A stretch of DNA of 64,000 bases from the human T2T-CHM13v2.0 reference genome, Homo sapiens, in the NCBI RefSeq assembly GCF_009914755.1, contig NC_060937.1; one strand, 5' to 3'. Below, one piece after another: positions 1 to 16,040 of the stretch (position 1 is the first letter of the stretch; every line of letters starts with the position of its first letter). The translations under genes and the position numbers were made by a program. The notes under the pieces were generated by a model. The model saw only the letters and a program-made list of their open reading frames with translations, made no database searches and was not told the origin of the DNA.

Positions 1-3000
1 TCATGTTGTATAATAGATCCCTTGAACATATTCCTTGTATCTAACTGAATTTTTTTACCATTTGACGAACATCTCCCTGACTATCTCTGCTGCAGGTGCA
101 CCACTCCAGACCCTAATAGCAACCATTATTCTCACTACTTCTACAAGTCCAACGATGTATCTATACTACATTTTCTTTATCCATTCTTCCATTGATTCCA
201 TAGGTCGTTTGCATATCTTGGCTGTTGTGAATAATGCTGCAATGAACATGAAAGTGCAGGTATTTTTTTAACATACTAATTTCATTTCCTTTGGATATAT
301 ACACAGTAGTGGGATTACTGGCTGGATAATATGGTAGTTCTATTTTTGATCTGGGGGGGAACCTCTACACTATTTTCCATAATGGCTGTACTAACAGTGT
401 ACAAAAGTTTCCTTTTCTCTGCATTCTCACTAACACCTGTTCTCTTTTGTCTTTTTGATAATAGCCATTCATTTATTTATTGATTTCAGACAGGGTCTCA
501 TTCTGTCACCCAGGCTAGAGTGCAGCTGCACAAATTCACAGTTGACTGAAACCTTGACCTCCCCACTCCCAGGCCCAGTTTATCCTCCCACCTCAGCCTC
601 CCAAATAGCTGGGACCACAGGCATGTGCCACTATCCCTGACTAATTTTCTTTTTAAAATTTTTTTGTAGAGATGGGGTTCCCTATGTTGCCAAGGGTGGT
701 CTCAAACTTCTGAGCTCAAGTGATCCTCCTGCATCAATCCCCCAAAGTGCTGGGATTACAGATGCGAGCCACTATGCCTGGCTGACAAAAGCTATTCTAA
801 CTGGGATGAGGTGATATATCATTGTACTTCTGAATTGCATTTCCCTGATAATTAGTGATATTGGGGATTTTATTACATACCTGTTGGCCGCTTGTATGTC
901 TTCTTTTGATAAATATCTTTTCAGATATTTTGTCCATTTTTAAATTGGAGTATTTGGGGTTTGTTTTTGCTATTGAGTTCTTTGAGTTTCTTATATGTTC
1001 TGAACATTAGCTACTTGGCAAATGCATAGTTTGCAAATATTTTCTCCCATTCTGTATGCTTTCTCTTCCCCACTGTTGATTGTTTCCTTTGCTGTGCAGA
1101 AGCTTCTCAGTTTGATGTAATCCCACTTCTCTACTTTTGTTTTTGTTGCCTGTGCTTTTGAGGTCGTATCCAAAAAAATCTTTGCCCACAAGAATGTCAT
1201 GAAGCATTTTTCCTATGTTTTCTTATAGTAGTTTCATAGCTTCAGGTCTTACATTGAAGAATTTAAGCAATTTTGAGTTGCTTTTTGTGTGTGGTGAGAG
1301 AAGTCTAGTTTCATTCTTCAGCATAAGGATATCCAATTTTCTCAGCACCGTTTATTGAAAAGACTGTCCTTTTCCCAATGTGTGTTTTTGGTCACTTCGT
1401 AAAAAATCAGTTGGCTGTAGATATGTGGATTTATTTCTGATTTCTCTATTCTGTTCCATTGGTCTATGTGTTCGTTTTTATGTCAGTCCTGTGCTACTGT
1501 AGTTACTATAGCTTTGTAGCACATTTTGAAGTTAGGTAGTGTGATGCCTCCAGCTTTGTTCTTTTTGCTCAAGATTGCTTTGGCTACTCAGGGTCTTTTG
1601 TAGTTCTATACAAATTTTAGGACTTTTATTTCTATTTCTGTGAAATATAGAATTTTGATTTTATTTCTACTTCTGTGAAGTATAATATTTTGACAGAGAT
1701 TACATTGAATCTGTAGATCATTTTGGTTAATATAAACATTTTAACAATTTTAATTATTTCAATCCACTAACACAAGACATAATTTAATTTATTTGTGCCC
1801 TCTTCAATTTTTTTCATCAGTGTTTTATAGTTTTCAGTGTAGAGATTTTTCAGCTACCTGGAAGAACTTATCCTAGGTATTTTACCTTTTTGTAGCTATT
1901 ATAAATGAGATGGTTTTCTTGATTTCTTTTTTGGATAGTATGTTATTAGCATAGCATAAAAATGCTACTGATTTTTGTATGTTGATTTCTGTATTCTGTA
2001 GCTTTACTAAATTTATTTATTAGTTTTAACAGTTTTTTGATGGAGTATTCAGTGTTTATTATATATAAAATCCTGTCATGTGCAAACAAGACAGTTTGAC
2101 TTCTTTCTCCTCTATTTGTTTATCTTTTATTTCTTTCTCTTCTCTAATTGCTCCGATTAGGATTTCACATATTATACTGAATAGAAACAAAGAAAGTCTT
2201 TGTTTTATTCCCCATCTCAGAGAAAACAGCTCAACTTTTTTCTGTTCATATGGTGTCAGCTGTGAGTTTGCCAAATGCAGCTTTTATAGTGTTAAGGTGC
2301 ATACCTTCTATGCCTAATTGGTGAAGAGTTGTTTTTTTTTATCATAAAGTTATGTTAAATTTTGTCAAGTGCTTTTTCTGCATCTATTGAAATAATTATA
2401 TGTTTTTCCCTTAATTTTGTTAATGCAACAAGTCACATTTTTTTTTTTTTATTTGCGTATGTTGAACCATCTTTGCATCCCTGGGATGAATCCATTTGAG
2501 CATGGTGAATGATTTTTTTTAAGGTGCTGCTGAATTGTGTTTGCTAGTATTTTGTTGAGGGTTTTTGCATCTATGTGCATCAGGGGTATTGTCCTGTAGT
2601 TTTCTTTTTCAGTTGTGTTAACGTCTGCCTTTGGTATGAGGGTAACGCTAGCTTTGTAGAATGGGTCTGGAAGAAATCCCTCCTTCTCAATTTTCTGGAA
2701 TAGTTTGAGTAGAATTGTTATCAATTCTTCTTTCAATGTTTGGTAGAATTCAGCAATAAAGCCAACAGGTCCTTGATTTTTCTTTGATGGTAGACTTTTT
2801 ATTACTGATTCAATTTCATTATTCATTATTGGTATGTTCAGTTTTAAAATTTTTTTATCATTTAATCATGGTAAGTTGTACTTATCCAGAAATTTATTAT
2901 TTTATTCTCGGTTTTCCAATTTGTTTTCTAACAGTTATTCAGAATAGTCTCATATGATCCTTTGTATTTCTATGGTATTAGTTGTAATGTCTCCTTTTTG

Positions 3001-3464
3001 AATCTCTGGTTTTATTTATTTGAGTCTTCTCCTTTTAGTTTAATTAAAGGTTTATTGCTTCTGCTTATCTTTTCAAAAAACCAACTTTTCATTTTGTTGA
3101 ATATTTTGTATATATTTTTAGTCTCTATTTCACTTGTTTCTGCTCTGATATTTATTACTGCTTTCCTTCTACTAATTTTGTTCCTAGTTTGTTCTTGTTT
3201 TTCTACTTCCTGAAGGTACAATGTTAGGCTGTTTATTTGAGATCTTTCTAATTTTTTGGCATAGGTGTTTACTGCTATAAACTTCCCTCTGAATACTGCT
3301 TTTACTGTATCCCATAGGTTTGTATATCTTTTGTTTCCATTTTCATTTGTCCCTAGAAATTTTTTGATTTCACTTTTAATTTCTTTTTGTCCCACTGGTT
3401 GTTCAGGAGCATGTTGTTTAATTTCCATGTATTAGTATAATTTCTGAAAATTCCTCTTGTTATT
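1..3464 (-). mobile_element. Old LINE-1 (L1MA/L1M2-type), 3' UTR and ORF2 3' portion, segment 1 of an interrupted element
   Basis: Minus-strand ORFs 2449-2826 ([33 protein letters not shown]...LIPK...[22 protein letters not shown]), 3012-3428 ([17 protein letters not shown]...[20 protein letters not shown]) and 991-1200 ([28 protein letters not shown]) match L1 ORF2p. The first ~450 bp resemble an L1MA 3' end. The frames are broken by stops and frameshifts. Confidence 0.95.
471..782 (-). mobile_element. AluJ-type SINE inserted in L1
   Basis: Reverse Alu dimer (cagggtctcattctgtcacccaggctagagtgcag...ctcaagtgatcctcct...gctgggattacag). Degenerate TSD tgataatagccattc (456-470) / tgacaaaagctattc (783-797). 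Confidence 0.93.
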
Positions 3465-4487
3465 TGTTGTTGTTGTTTGTTTTTAATACTTTTAAAATTT
3501 ATTTTCTATTGACATATAATAATTGTGCATATTTATTACCGGGAATACAGTGAGGTTTCCATATGTATAAGGTACAGTGATCAGATCAGGGTAATTAACC
3601 TATTCATCATCTCAAACATTTGTTATTTCTTTGTGTTGGGAAAATTCAATATCCTTTTTATAGCTATTTGAAACTATATATTACTGTTAATTAGAATTAT
3701 CCTACAGTGGTACAAAGCAATAGAATCAAGGCTGGTCTCTGTGGCACATGCCTGCAATCCCAGCACTTTGGGTGGCCAAGAAGGGAAGAACACTTGAGGC
3801 CAGGAGTTTGAGACCAGCCTGAGTAACATAGTGAGAACTTTGTCTCTAAAACATATTTCTCCCATCTAGTTATATCCTTTACTGAATCTCTCCCTATCTC
3901 CCCTCCTTTCTCCTACCCTTCCCAGTCTCTAGTATCCTCTGGTCTACTTTTTATTTCTATGAGATCAACTCTTTTTTAGCTTCCATACATGAATGAGAAC
4001 ATATGGTATTTAACTTTCTGTTCTTGGCTTATTTAACTTAATATAGTGTCCTCCAGTTCCTTCCATGTTGCTGTGAATGACAGGATTTCATTCTTTTTAA
4101 TGTCTGAATAGTATTCCATTATGTATAATGTATATCACATTTTCTTTATCCATTTATCTGTTGTTGGGCACCTAGGTGATTCCATATCTTGACAATTATG
4201 AATACTGCTGTAATAAATGTGGGGGTGCAGATGTCCCTTTGACATACTAATTTTCTTTTCTTTGGATAAATGCCTGGTAGTAGGATTGCTAGATCATATG
4301 ATAGTTCTATTTCTAGTTTTTTGAGGAACCTCTCTACTGTTCCCTACAGTGGCTGTACTAGTTTACATTCCCACCAACAGCACCTAAGAGTACCCTTTTA
4401 TCCACATCCTTACCAGCACGTGTTATTTCTTTATTTTTATAATTGCCATCCTAAATGGGGTGAGATGATACCTTATTGTGATTTTGA
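3465..4487 (-). mobile_element. 5'-truncated LINE-1 3' end (L1MA3/L1MA4-like) nested in the older L1
   Basis: Starts with a T-rich tail, then gacatataataattgtgcatatttat...tgatcagatcagggtaatt...catctcaaacatttgttatttctttgtgttggg, typical of L1MA 3' ends. Degenerate TSD tcctcttgttatt (3452-3464) / tccttcttttatt (4488-4500). The host L1 resumes with gatttctagt. Confidence 0.88.
3730..3851 (+). mobile_element. Alu left monomer (FLAM_C/AluJ-like)
   Basis: ggctggtctctgtggcacatgcctgcaatcccagcactttggg...cacttgaggccaggagtttgagaccagcctg...tgtctctaaaa. Single monomer only. Confidence 0.88.
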
Positions 4488-4539
4488 TCCTTCTTTTATT
4501 GATTTCTAGTGTCACCAACCACTGCAATCAGAAACAATA

Positions 4540-6874
4540 CAGACAGACCTTAGAGATACTGCAGCTTTGGTTCCAGACCAACACAATAAATTGAATATCA
4601 CAATAAAGTAACTAACATATACATTTTTTAGTTTCCCAGTAGATATAAAAGTTGCATTTATACAATACTGTAACCCCATCAAGTGTGCAATAGCATTATG
4701 TCTAAAAAATATACATCCCTTAACTGAAAATATTTTATTATTTGAGAATGCTAACAATCACTTGAGCCCTCAGCAAGTCACAATCTTTTTGCTAGTGGAT
4801 TGTCTTGCCTTGATGTTTATGGCTACTGACTGGTCAGCGTGGTGGTTGCTGAAAGTTGGGGCGGCTGGCAATTTCTTAAAATATGACATCAATGAAGTTC
4901 ACCACATGGTTTGACTCTTTCATGAGAGATTTCTCTGTAAATTATGATAATGTTTGATAACCTTTTATACACAATAGAACTTCTTTCAAAATTAGAGCCA
5001 AACCTTTCAAATTCTGCTACTGCTTTATCAACTAAGTGTATGTAATATTAAAATGCCTTGTTGTCATGTAAACAATGTTCACAGCATCTTCACCAGGAGA
5101 AACCACTTTCTTTGTTCATCCATAGGAAGCAACTCCTCATCCGTTCAGGTTTGATAATGAGATTGCACAGTTCAATCGCATCGTCAGGCTCCACTTCTAG
5201 TTCTAGTTCTCTAGTTCTCTTGCTATTTCCACCACATCTGCAGTGTCATCCATGAGTGTTGGAATCAACTTTTTTCAAACTGCTGTTAACGCTGATAATT
5301 TGAACTCCTCCCATGAATCATGAATGTCCTTAGTATCATCTAGAATGGTTAATCCTTTCCAGAAAGTTTTCAAATTACTATGCAAAAATCCATCACAGGA
5401 ACCTATCTATGGGATCTATAGTCTTAAAAATGTATTTCTTACACAATAAGATTTGAAAGTCAAAATTCTTCCTTGATCCCTGGTTTGCTGAATAGATGCT
5501 GTGTTAGCAAGCATGAAAAACCCGTTAATCTCTTTTTATATCTCCGTCAGAGCTTTTGTGTTACTGGGTGCGTTGTCAATGAGCAGGTAATATTTTCACA
5601 GGAATCTTTTTCTTTTTTTCTGAGCAGTAGGTCTCAACAGTGGACTTAAAATATTCAGTAAACCATATGGTAAATACATGTGTTGTCATCCAGGCATTGT
5701 TGTTTCATTTATAGAGTAGATTTAGCATAATTCTTAAGGGTCCTAGGACTTTCAGCATGGTAAATGAACATTGGCTTCCACTTAAGGGCACCAGCTGTGT
5801 TAATCTCTAACAGGGAAGTCAGCCTGTCCTTTGAAGCAAGGCATTGACTTCTCCTTTCTAGCTATGAAAGTCCTAGATGACATTTTCTTCCAATAAGTCT
5901 GTTTCATCTACACTGTATATCTGTTGTTTAGTGTAGTCACCTTCATTAATTATCTTAGGTAGATCTTCTGGATAACTTGCTGCAGGTTTACATCAGCACT
6001 TGCTGCTTCACCTTACACTTTTATGTTATAGAGACAGCTTTTTTCCTTAAACCTCATGAACCAACTTCTGTTAGCATCCAACTTTTCTTCTGCAGCTTCC
6101 TCACCTCTCTCAACTTTCAGAGAATTGAAGAGAGTTAGAACTTTGCTCTCAATTAAGCTTTGGCTTCAGGGAGTGTTGTGGTTGGTTTGATCTATGCAGA
6201 TCCCTAAAACTTTCTCCATATCATCAATAAGGCATCTCTACTTTTTTATCAGATGTGTGATCACTGGAGTAGCACTTTTAATTTCTTCCAGAAATTTTTC
6301 TTTGCCTTCACAACTTAGATAACTGGCATAAGAGGCTTAGCTTTCAGCTGGTTTTAGATTTCAATATGCCTTCCTCACTAAACTCAACCATTTATAGCTT
6401 TTGATTCAAAATGAGAGACATGTGACTCTTCCTTTCACTTAAACATTTTGAAGCCATTGTAAGGTTATTAATTAGACTAATTTCAGTATTGTGTTTCAAG
6501 GAATAGAGAGGCCTGAGGAGAGGGAGATAGAAGAAATAAAGGCTGGTTAGTGGAATTATCAGGACACACATAACATTTATCAATTAAGTTTGCTGTTTTA
6601 TATGGGCACAGCGTGTGGCACCCCAAATCATTACAATAGTAATATCAAGGATCACTGATCACAGATCCCTGTAACAAATATAATAATAATAAAGCTTGAA
6701 ATACTGTGAGAGTTACAAAAATGTGATGCAGAGACACAAAATGAACACATGCTGTTGGAAAAATGGTTTCAATAGACTTGCTTAACTCAGGGTTTCCATA
6801 AACCTTAGACTTGTAAAAAATGCACTATGTATGAAGCTCAATAAAAGGAAGCACAATAAAAAAAGGTATACTCG
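4540..6874 (-). mobile_element. Near full-length Tigger1 DNA transposon (TcMar-Tigger), decayed transposase
   Basis: Termini cagacagacct... and ...aaggtatactcg match the Tigger1 TIR CAGGCATACCTCG. It is flanked by TA at 4538-4539 and 6875-6876 and spans ~2.3 kb. Host L1 sequence (gaaacaata|cttgatataa) is contiguous across it. No long transposase ORF remains. Confidence 0.93.
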
Positions 6875-6876
6875 TA

Positions 6877-10240
<3,364 letters not shown>

Positions 10241-10269
10241 GGATTTGTGCTATAAATAAATATATATAT

Positions 10270-10794
10270 AAGAGAAAATTATAGAAAGAAACAATTCATA
10301 AGTTTTAAATTGTGTACCATCCTGAGTAGTGTGATGAAATCTCATGCTGTCCAACCTGAGATGTGAATTCTCCCTTTATCCAGCACATCCACACGGCAGA
10401 TTCTCCCTGCTGTGAGTCACATAGCTGCCTTGGTTATCAAATCGACTGTCCTGGTATCACAGTGCTTATGTTCAAATAATCCTTATTTTACCCAACAATG
10501 ACCCTAAAGCACAAAAGTAGTGATGCTGGCATATTGTTGAAACTTTTCTATTTTATTATTAGATATTATTGTTAGTCTCTTACTGTGCCTAATTAAACTC
10601 TATCGTAATTAAACTTTATCATTTAATTAAGCTTCATCTTCATAATAATTAATTAAACTGTAGTAATTAAACTTCATCATTGGTACGTATGTATAGGGAA
10701 AACCAGTATATATGTAGGGTTCGTCCTATCTGCAGCTTCAGGCAACCACTGGGGGTCTTGGAATGTATCCTCTGAGAATAAAGGGGGACTACCG
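10270..10794 (+). mobile_element. MER44B-like (Tigger7-derived) non-autonomous DNA transposon, left end missing
   Basis: gaaacaattcataagttttaaattgtgtaccatcctgagtagtgtgatgaaatctc...agtagtgatgctggca...ccactgggggtcttggaatgtatcc...aagggggactaccg matches the MER44 body and right TIR. Confidence 0.88.
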
Positions 10795-11089
10795 TGTAAT
10801 GAAGCTCCAGTTCTTGCTGGTACATTTCCTCATTTGAGAAAATACACCACTTCGTGGATTCAACTGGACCTGTTAACTTCAGCCTCTCACATTCCAAATG
10901 TTTAGGACTTTCCAGGACATGTGGTTGGTTTAGACCAAGATACCACAAGGTGTTGACCACCATAGTTTTTAACACTAGAATCTACAATCAAGAGGCCTGC
11001 AAGGTCAGGGGAGAGGGGAGTGGGTGCAAGTGGCTGACACATGCGGCCAGCGTGTTACAATGAGCATAAACCAGTTTTGCTTCGCTTTT

Positions 11090-11235
11090 CATCACAATTC
11101 TGATGATGGATATTAACGTCTTCATTTTGTAAACGACAAAACTGAATCTTGAATATATTAAATAACTTTAGCAAGATGATCTACGTAGCTAGGAAGTTTG
11201 AAGTTGAGAGGTGAACCAGACCTGTCTGCTGCCAT
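11090..11235 (-). mobile_element. MIR SINE relic
   Basis: cattttgtaaacgacaaaactgaatc...ttaaataactttagcaagat...agctaggaagt resembles the reverse MIR core. Confidence 0.6.
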
Positions 11236-11319
11236 GCCCCACGTTCTGTCTGCAGTATTGTGCGCTGTGGTTTCTTCTCCTGTATCCTTTTCTTAAATAC
11301 AAGATATTATCCCTAAATC

Positions 11320-13100
11320 TTGCAACTGTGGCTTATTTTTTCTCTGAACCAGCCCTCTCCAAGGTTATCAATGTCCTTCAAACTCCAAACCAATTGGTCT
11401 CACCATAGTCTTTGTTCCCTGTGTTGGCCGAGCAGCAAGGTGCCTGATTGATCTCACTGCCACTTTTTCACACTCCTTGGTTTTCAGTTCTTAAGAAAAC
11501 ATTTCCCCCTTTATTAGCCTCTTGCTTCTTGGGTCACTCCTACTGTGGCTTCCACATTATTCTATTTCCTAAAGCGGGCATATTCTAGGACTCAACGCTG
11601 AAATTCATTCTTTTTCCCTTTACTCTCTTCTTTGACAATTCATTGTCACCCATTTGTATGGATAATTCCCTAATGTCCATTTGCAATCTATTCACTTCCA
11701 GATACCTCCACCTGGGTGCCCTCTTCTTGTGTCTGCTGCTTGTTTTGATCAGCTGATACAACTTCATCTTGATGTTTTGAAGTTAAATCTCATTACGTGC
11801 ATCACACACTCTTCATTTTGTCATGGCCTCCACCAGTTTCTATTGCTTATTTTAAATTGATTTACATATTTGTGTCCCTGGTAGACACTGCAGGCATTTA
11901 AGTTTGTGATCTCCCAAAAATCAACCTTTTCAAATATCAACACATCTTAACGACTCATCTAGCTCTGGGGTCACCAGACTGCTATTCATTGGCCAAATTT
12001 GTTCTGCTTCTTGTTTTTATAAATAAAGCTTTATGGGAACACATGACCATGTGTTTGCATATTGTCTACAGCTAATTTGTATTATAACAGCAGAATTAAA
12101 TAATACTAACAGAGACAATATGGCCACAAAAACATTTACTATATGGCTTTTTACAGAAAAAGTTTGCTGCCCCAGATCTTGCTCCTATTCCAAAGTTCTT
12201 TATTTTGAAGGATGACACTATCATTCCTGCAACCACTCAGGTTAGAAACCATGTAAGTCATCTCGAGTCTTTTTTATTTAACCTCTTCTATTTTTCTAAT
12301 CACAAGAACATTCTGTAAATTTCTTTCTTTTTAAGGCCTGTCACATTCCATTCTTCCATATTCTAATACTTATCACACTATTATACAAGTCCTTCAACTA
12401 ATTTCCCTATTTTTATACTTTTGCCTTCTTACTCATTGTGCAGCGCACTCCTTATTAACTTTCCTAATTCCACAAAATCATTGTTTCTTCAAAAGTCTTA
12501 AGGAGTCATTTATTAGAATAAGCAACAGACTCATCTTATTATATAATTTTATTATATAGTATGCAATCTCTAAAAGGTTTAGTGATCACCAGGCTAACAT
12601 ATAAATGGGCCAGTCTAAATTACTTGTGTAAAAGGGATACATAATTTATCCAAAATCATATTTCTGGCCATGGCAAAGCTGAAATTATCATCCAAATCTT
12701 TAGGCTGTCAATACAGGACTCTTTTTATTATTTAGCCCTTCATACACACCCTTTCCCTGTCTGACCTCAGTCAAATCTCTAAAGATTTTTCTATTACCAT
12801 CTAAATGAACCCTATAATAGTTCTGCAAAACATTTCCACCTCTCACCTCCGCATTTTAATCTTAGTCTTCATTCTGCACACTATCCTGTTTCTCTACCTT
12901 TTCTTCCTTTATAGGCTGCCTCAAAACCTCTTCCTCTACAAATCTTTTACTACTTTTTCACTTTCTGTGTTCTCTGCTTCCCTTTTTGTAAGATTTAATG
13001 GCTTATAGCAATACTGTTAACATAACTGGCTCACGTTGTATTTACATATTCTCAAATATAAGTCTTTCTAGCTATATGATAAGCCTACCCTTCTCTGGGG
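11320..13100 (+). mobile_element. Fragmented LINE-2 relic (interrupted by MER58A and a MIR)
   Basis: ccctctccaaggttatcaatgtccttc...ccaattggtc and cacccatttgtatggataattccctaatgtcc resemble the pyrimidine-rich L2 RT and 3' region. Highly diverged. Confidence 0.6.
11965..12175. mobile_element. MER58A (hAT-Charlie) MITE
   Basis: ggccaaatttgttctgcttcttgtttttataaataaagctttatgggaacaca...atattgtctacagct...tttactatatggctttttacagaaaaagtttgctgcccc. Confidence 0.85.
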
Positions 13101-14423
13101 TGGGAGCTCTGCTGTTCTGATTGCAGTGGGATGTGTTTTGGGGCAGTCTGGGACCTAGAAGCTACAGCCAGTGGCAGGGTGGGCAGAAGGCAGAGGGGCC
13201 TAAAAGAACAGGATGGGAAGAGCAAGCCCAACCAGTAGGGGTTGTCACTGCGGAGGTTGACCAGAGTCTGCTCAAGTTTCCCTCAGTGAGTGTTTCTACA
13301 CACACAGTTCTCAACTTGGTTGAACATGCTGCTTGTGTTGAATGCTTAGTGTCAGGTGGGACACAGTAGGGTGTTTAGCCCCTCACTACAGGGTTCAACG
13401 TCATTCATAGAAGGTGGAGTGGGTAAGACATAGGTCTGGGTGGAGGGCACCAGCTTGGGAGGATTGGAGTCCTGTGAAAATATTCATCCCAACAAGGAAA
13501 AAGAAAGCTGAACTGAAAAACAGTGCCAGAAATCTAGTTATAAAGACAGTGAGTGTGACGAGGGTGAGGAAAACGCTGTGATTTTTGTGAGCTAATGTGT
13601 TTCTAGGCTCATGGGAGCCTCCCAGCCTGAACTGGTGGGTCTGAGCAGACTGACACACAGGTGGCCTCGGGCAGGCTGGCTCGCCACTCAGTCAGACTGG
13701 ACCTCTGGCTGACTTTGAGGATGTCCACAGATCAGAGGGTTTGGGGAAGACACAGACCGACATCCTTCCCTGATGTCTCCTGCCACCCGGAGCACTTATC
13801 ACTGCGCTTGACGCCCCTCAGGCTCTCAACACATTTGTCGATGCTACCGAAGAGGATCGCAAGTCATCTTGTGTTTACTTAACACACTTACAGAAGAGCG
13901 GCAGCTGGGAGGACAGGGGAGGCAGGCGCAGAGCCGGGAGGGAGCACAGACACAGATGGAGGTGAAATGTTGACCTGGAAAGCTGCTTCCTTGAGAGTGA
14001 GCAGGGCATGGCAGAGATGCAGCCCTCCATTATTCTGCCGTACACAGCAGGCATTATTAGCAGTGAAAATAAAACAAAGGAAGCAAGGAAAGGCCACAAG
14101 AAGAGGAATGAATGATCCCCAAGGTCAGAAGCTGTGACTCAGCCCTATCTCCCAGGACAGGTCTGGCCCGTGGTGGATGCCTGAGAATGTGGTCATTGAG
14201 GGAGGGAAAGAGAAAACAGCTCTTTAGAGAGGGAAATGGGATAGTCAGAAGGAACTGATGATATAGAAACTGGCCATCCGTCTTCTGGATTTGAGGAAAT
14301 ATGCTGAAGAAATGGTTTCTCAATGTGTCTGCCCCATCAAATTCACATCCAGTTCAAGACAAAGCAAGGATACTGTAGGTAGAAAAGCTGCCTAATACCT
14401 CTTCAATGGATGACACCAGTTTA

Positions 14424-14489
14424 GGTAAAGAAATGACATCACCAAGAGGCTACAAGGGTAAAGAAATGGCATCACCAAGAGGCTAGAAG
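14424..14489. repeat. 33-bp tandem duplication (2 copies, 2 mismatches)
   Basis: ggtaaagaaatgacatcaccaagaggctacaag / ggtaaagaaatggcatcaccaagaggctagaag. Confidence 0.95.
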
Positions 14490-15849
14490 CCCTGATGGCA
14501 GCCACCCAATGAGCCCGAGGTGGATTCAAGAACGTTTTATCTTATTTTGTCTCCCTGTGTCCTTCCTCAACAACCTTCCTTAGGAGAGAAGCAAATGAGA
14601 CATAAGGTCAGATGAGAAAGCAGGGCCCTTCAGTTTAAGAAATGGGCAGTTTCCATGGTGGTTTCTGCTTCTCTCATAATGGATTAACATTTAAGGTGAA
14701 GGAGGAAAAGTCCTGCTTGGTTTAGAATCCTATTTTAAGGTAATTTTAAGCTCTGCTAGTATTAAAATTTCACTTTTTTTTTAAGCCAAATGGAACCCAA
14801 ATTTAGCCCCTGTGGAGTCTCCTGCTAGCCCTCCCAGTCTGAAACCCCATTCCAAATAAAACTCACAAGAGTGTTTATTTAAACTATCTATTTTTTTTTT
14901 TCATAACAAACTGGGATTTATTCTTAGAGCTGCTGATGGAACACTTTAATTTACAAACGGGTTTCCCAAAGCTTCATAAAGCCACCAGATGCAAAGAGAA
15001 GAGGCTGTATCACCGTGCTCAGCCTGTTTAATGCAGGCAATATTGTAAACAGCACTCTAGGGGAAGGTTTCAGAAGTACATTTAATTGCATTTTCCACTT
15101 CTTGTAACAGCAAGGGATTAAGCCGAGATGGAACGTAATGGAACCTGCTCCATCCTATCACCTTAAAGTAAAAGAGGAAAGGAATGCACAATGGTAGGCT
15201 TATCAGGAAAAAAAAATGCCATCATCTTTATTTGAATACGTTTGTGAATGATCAAGAGCAAACATATTAATTTGTATTGTGTTTTCTGGTGGTCAGTGTG
15301 TACCTAAAAAGTTACTCATGTTTATTAAAAATAATTTTTATCTCTCTGCATGGAATCTTGATTTCAGAAATAAATAAGTTCTAATCAGTATTTTATAGGC
15401 AGCACCATTTAAATAGCTTATATCCTAATGATCCATACAATACATAATAAGGAATATCTGGACTGGAGAAGTGGGCAAGTACTAATTACTCAACTTTCAG
15501 CTTATTTGGGCTGTTGTAATGCCACGAGGCATAAGAAGAAACAAAGATGAGCTAGGCATTTGTTTCCAACACTCCCATTAAGGTTATTCCCATTGAGATC
15601 ATTCCCGTTGGTCATTAGATGAGACAATAAATGCAAAGTGCCCAGTATAGTGGATGGAAAGTAATAGGAGCTGAATGTAAGTGAATCCCTTGCCCCTCTT
15701 AACAATTAGTCAATAATAGTATTTCAAAATTAATCATACTATAGGTTGTTTTATTTTTGTGTCTGTATGTTCTCTTCTAACTTTTTCTCCATGACAGAAC
15801 ATTTGTTGATTTTTACATTTCTAGCGCCTTAGCAAAATCTTCAGTAAAA

Positions 15850-16040
15850 GTACAGAGATGCAGACTCCGAGCTAAATATCTAAAATCTGCCACTTACTGG
15901 CTAAGGTTTAATATATCTTTACTTCAATTCTCAAACCTTAAAACTGAAGAAAACAATTATCCTCACTTTATGGGATTAAGAATTAGCAAACACAAATGCT
16001 TAGCAGAGTGGCAAATAATAGACAATATATGTTAGTTCCC
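15850..16040 (+). mobile_element. MIR SINE relic
   Basis: aaatctgccacttactggct...acttcaattctcaaaccttaaaactgaag...aaatgcttagcagagtggc...atatgttagt. Confidence 0.6.

Noticed and set aside
1624-1693. 35-bp tandem duplication (and a 27-bp period duplication at 50292-50341)
   Set aside because: Both are real but are simple slippage events inside dead L1 sequence with no sign of function.
2449-3428. Longest ORFs (125 and 138 aa) as host protein-coding genes
   Set aside because: They are fragments of L1 ORF2p within a frameshifted, stop-riddled retrotransposon.
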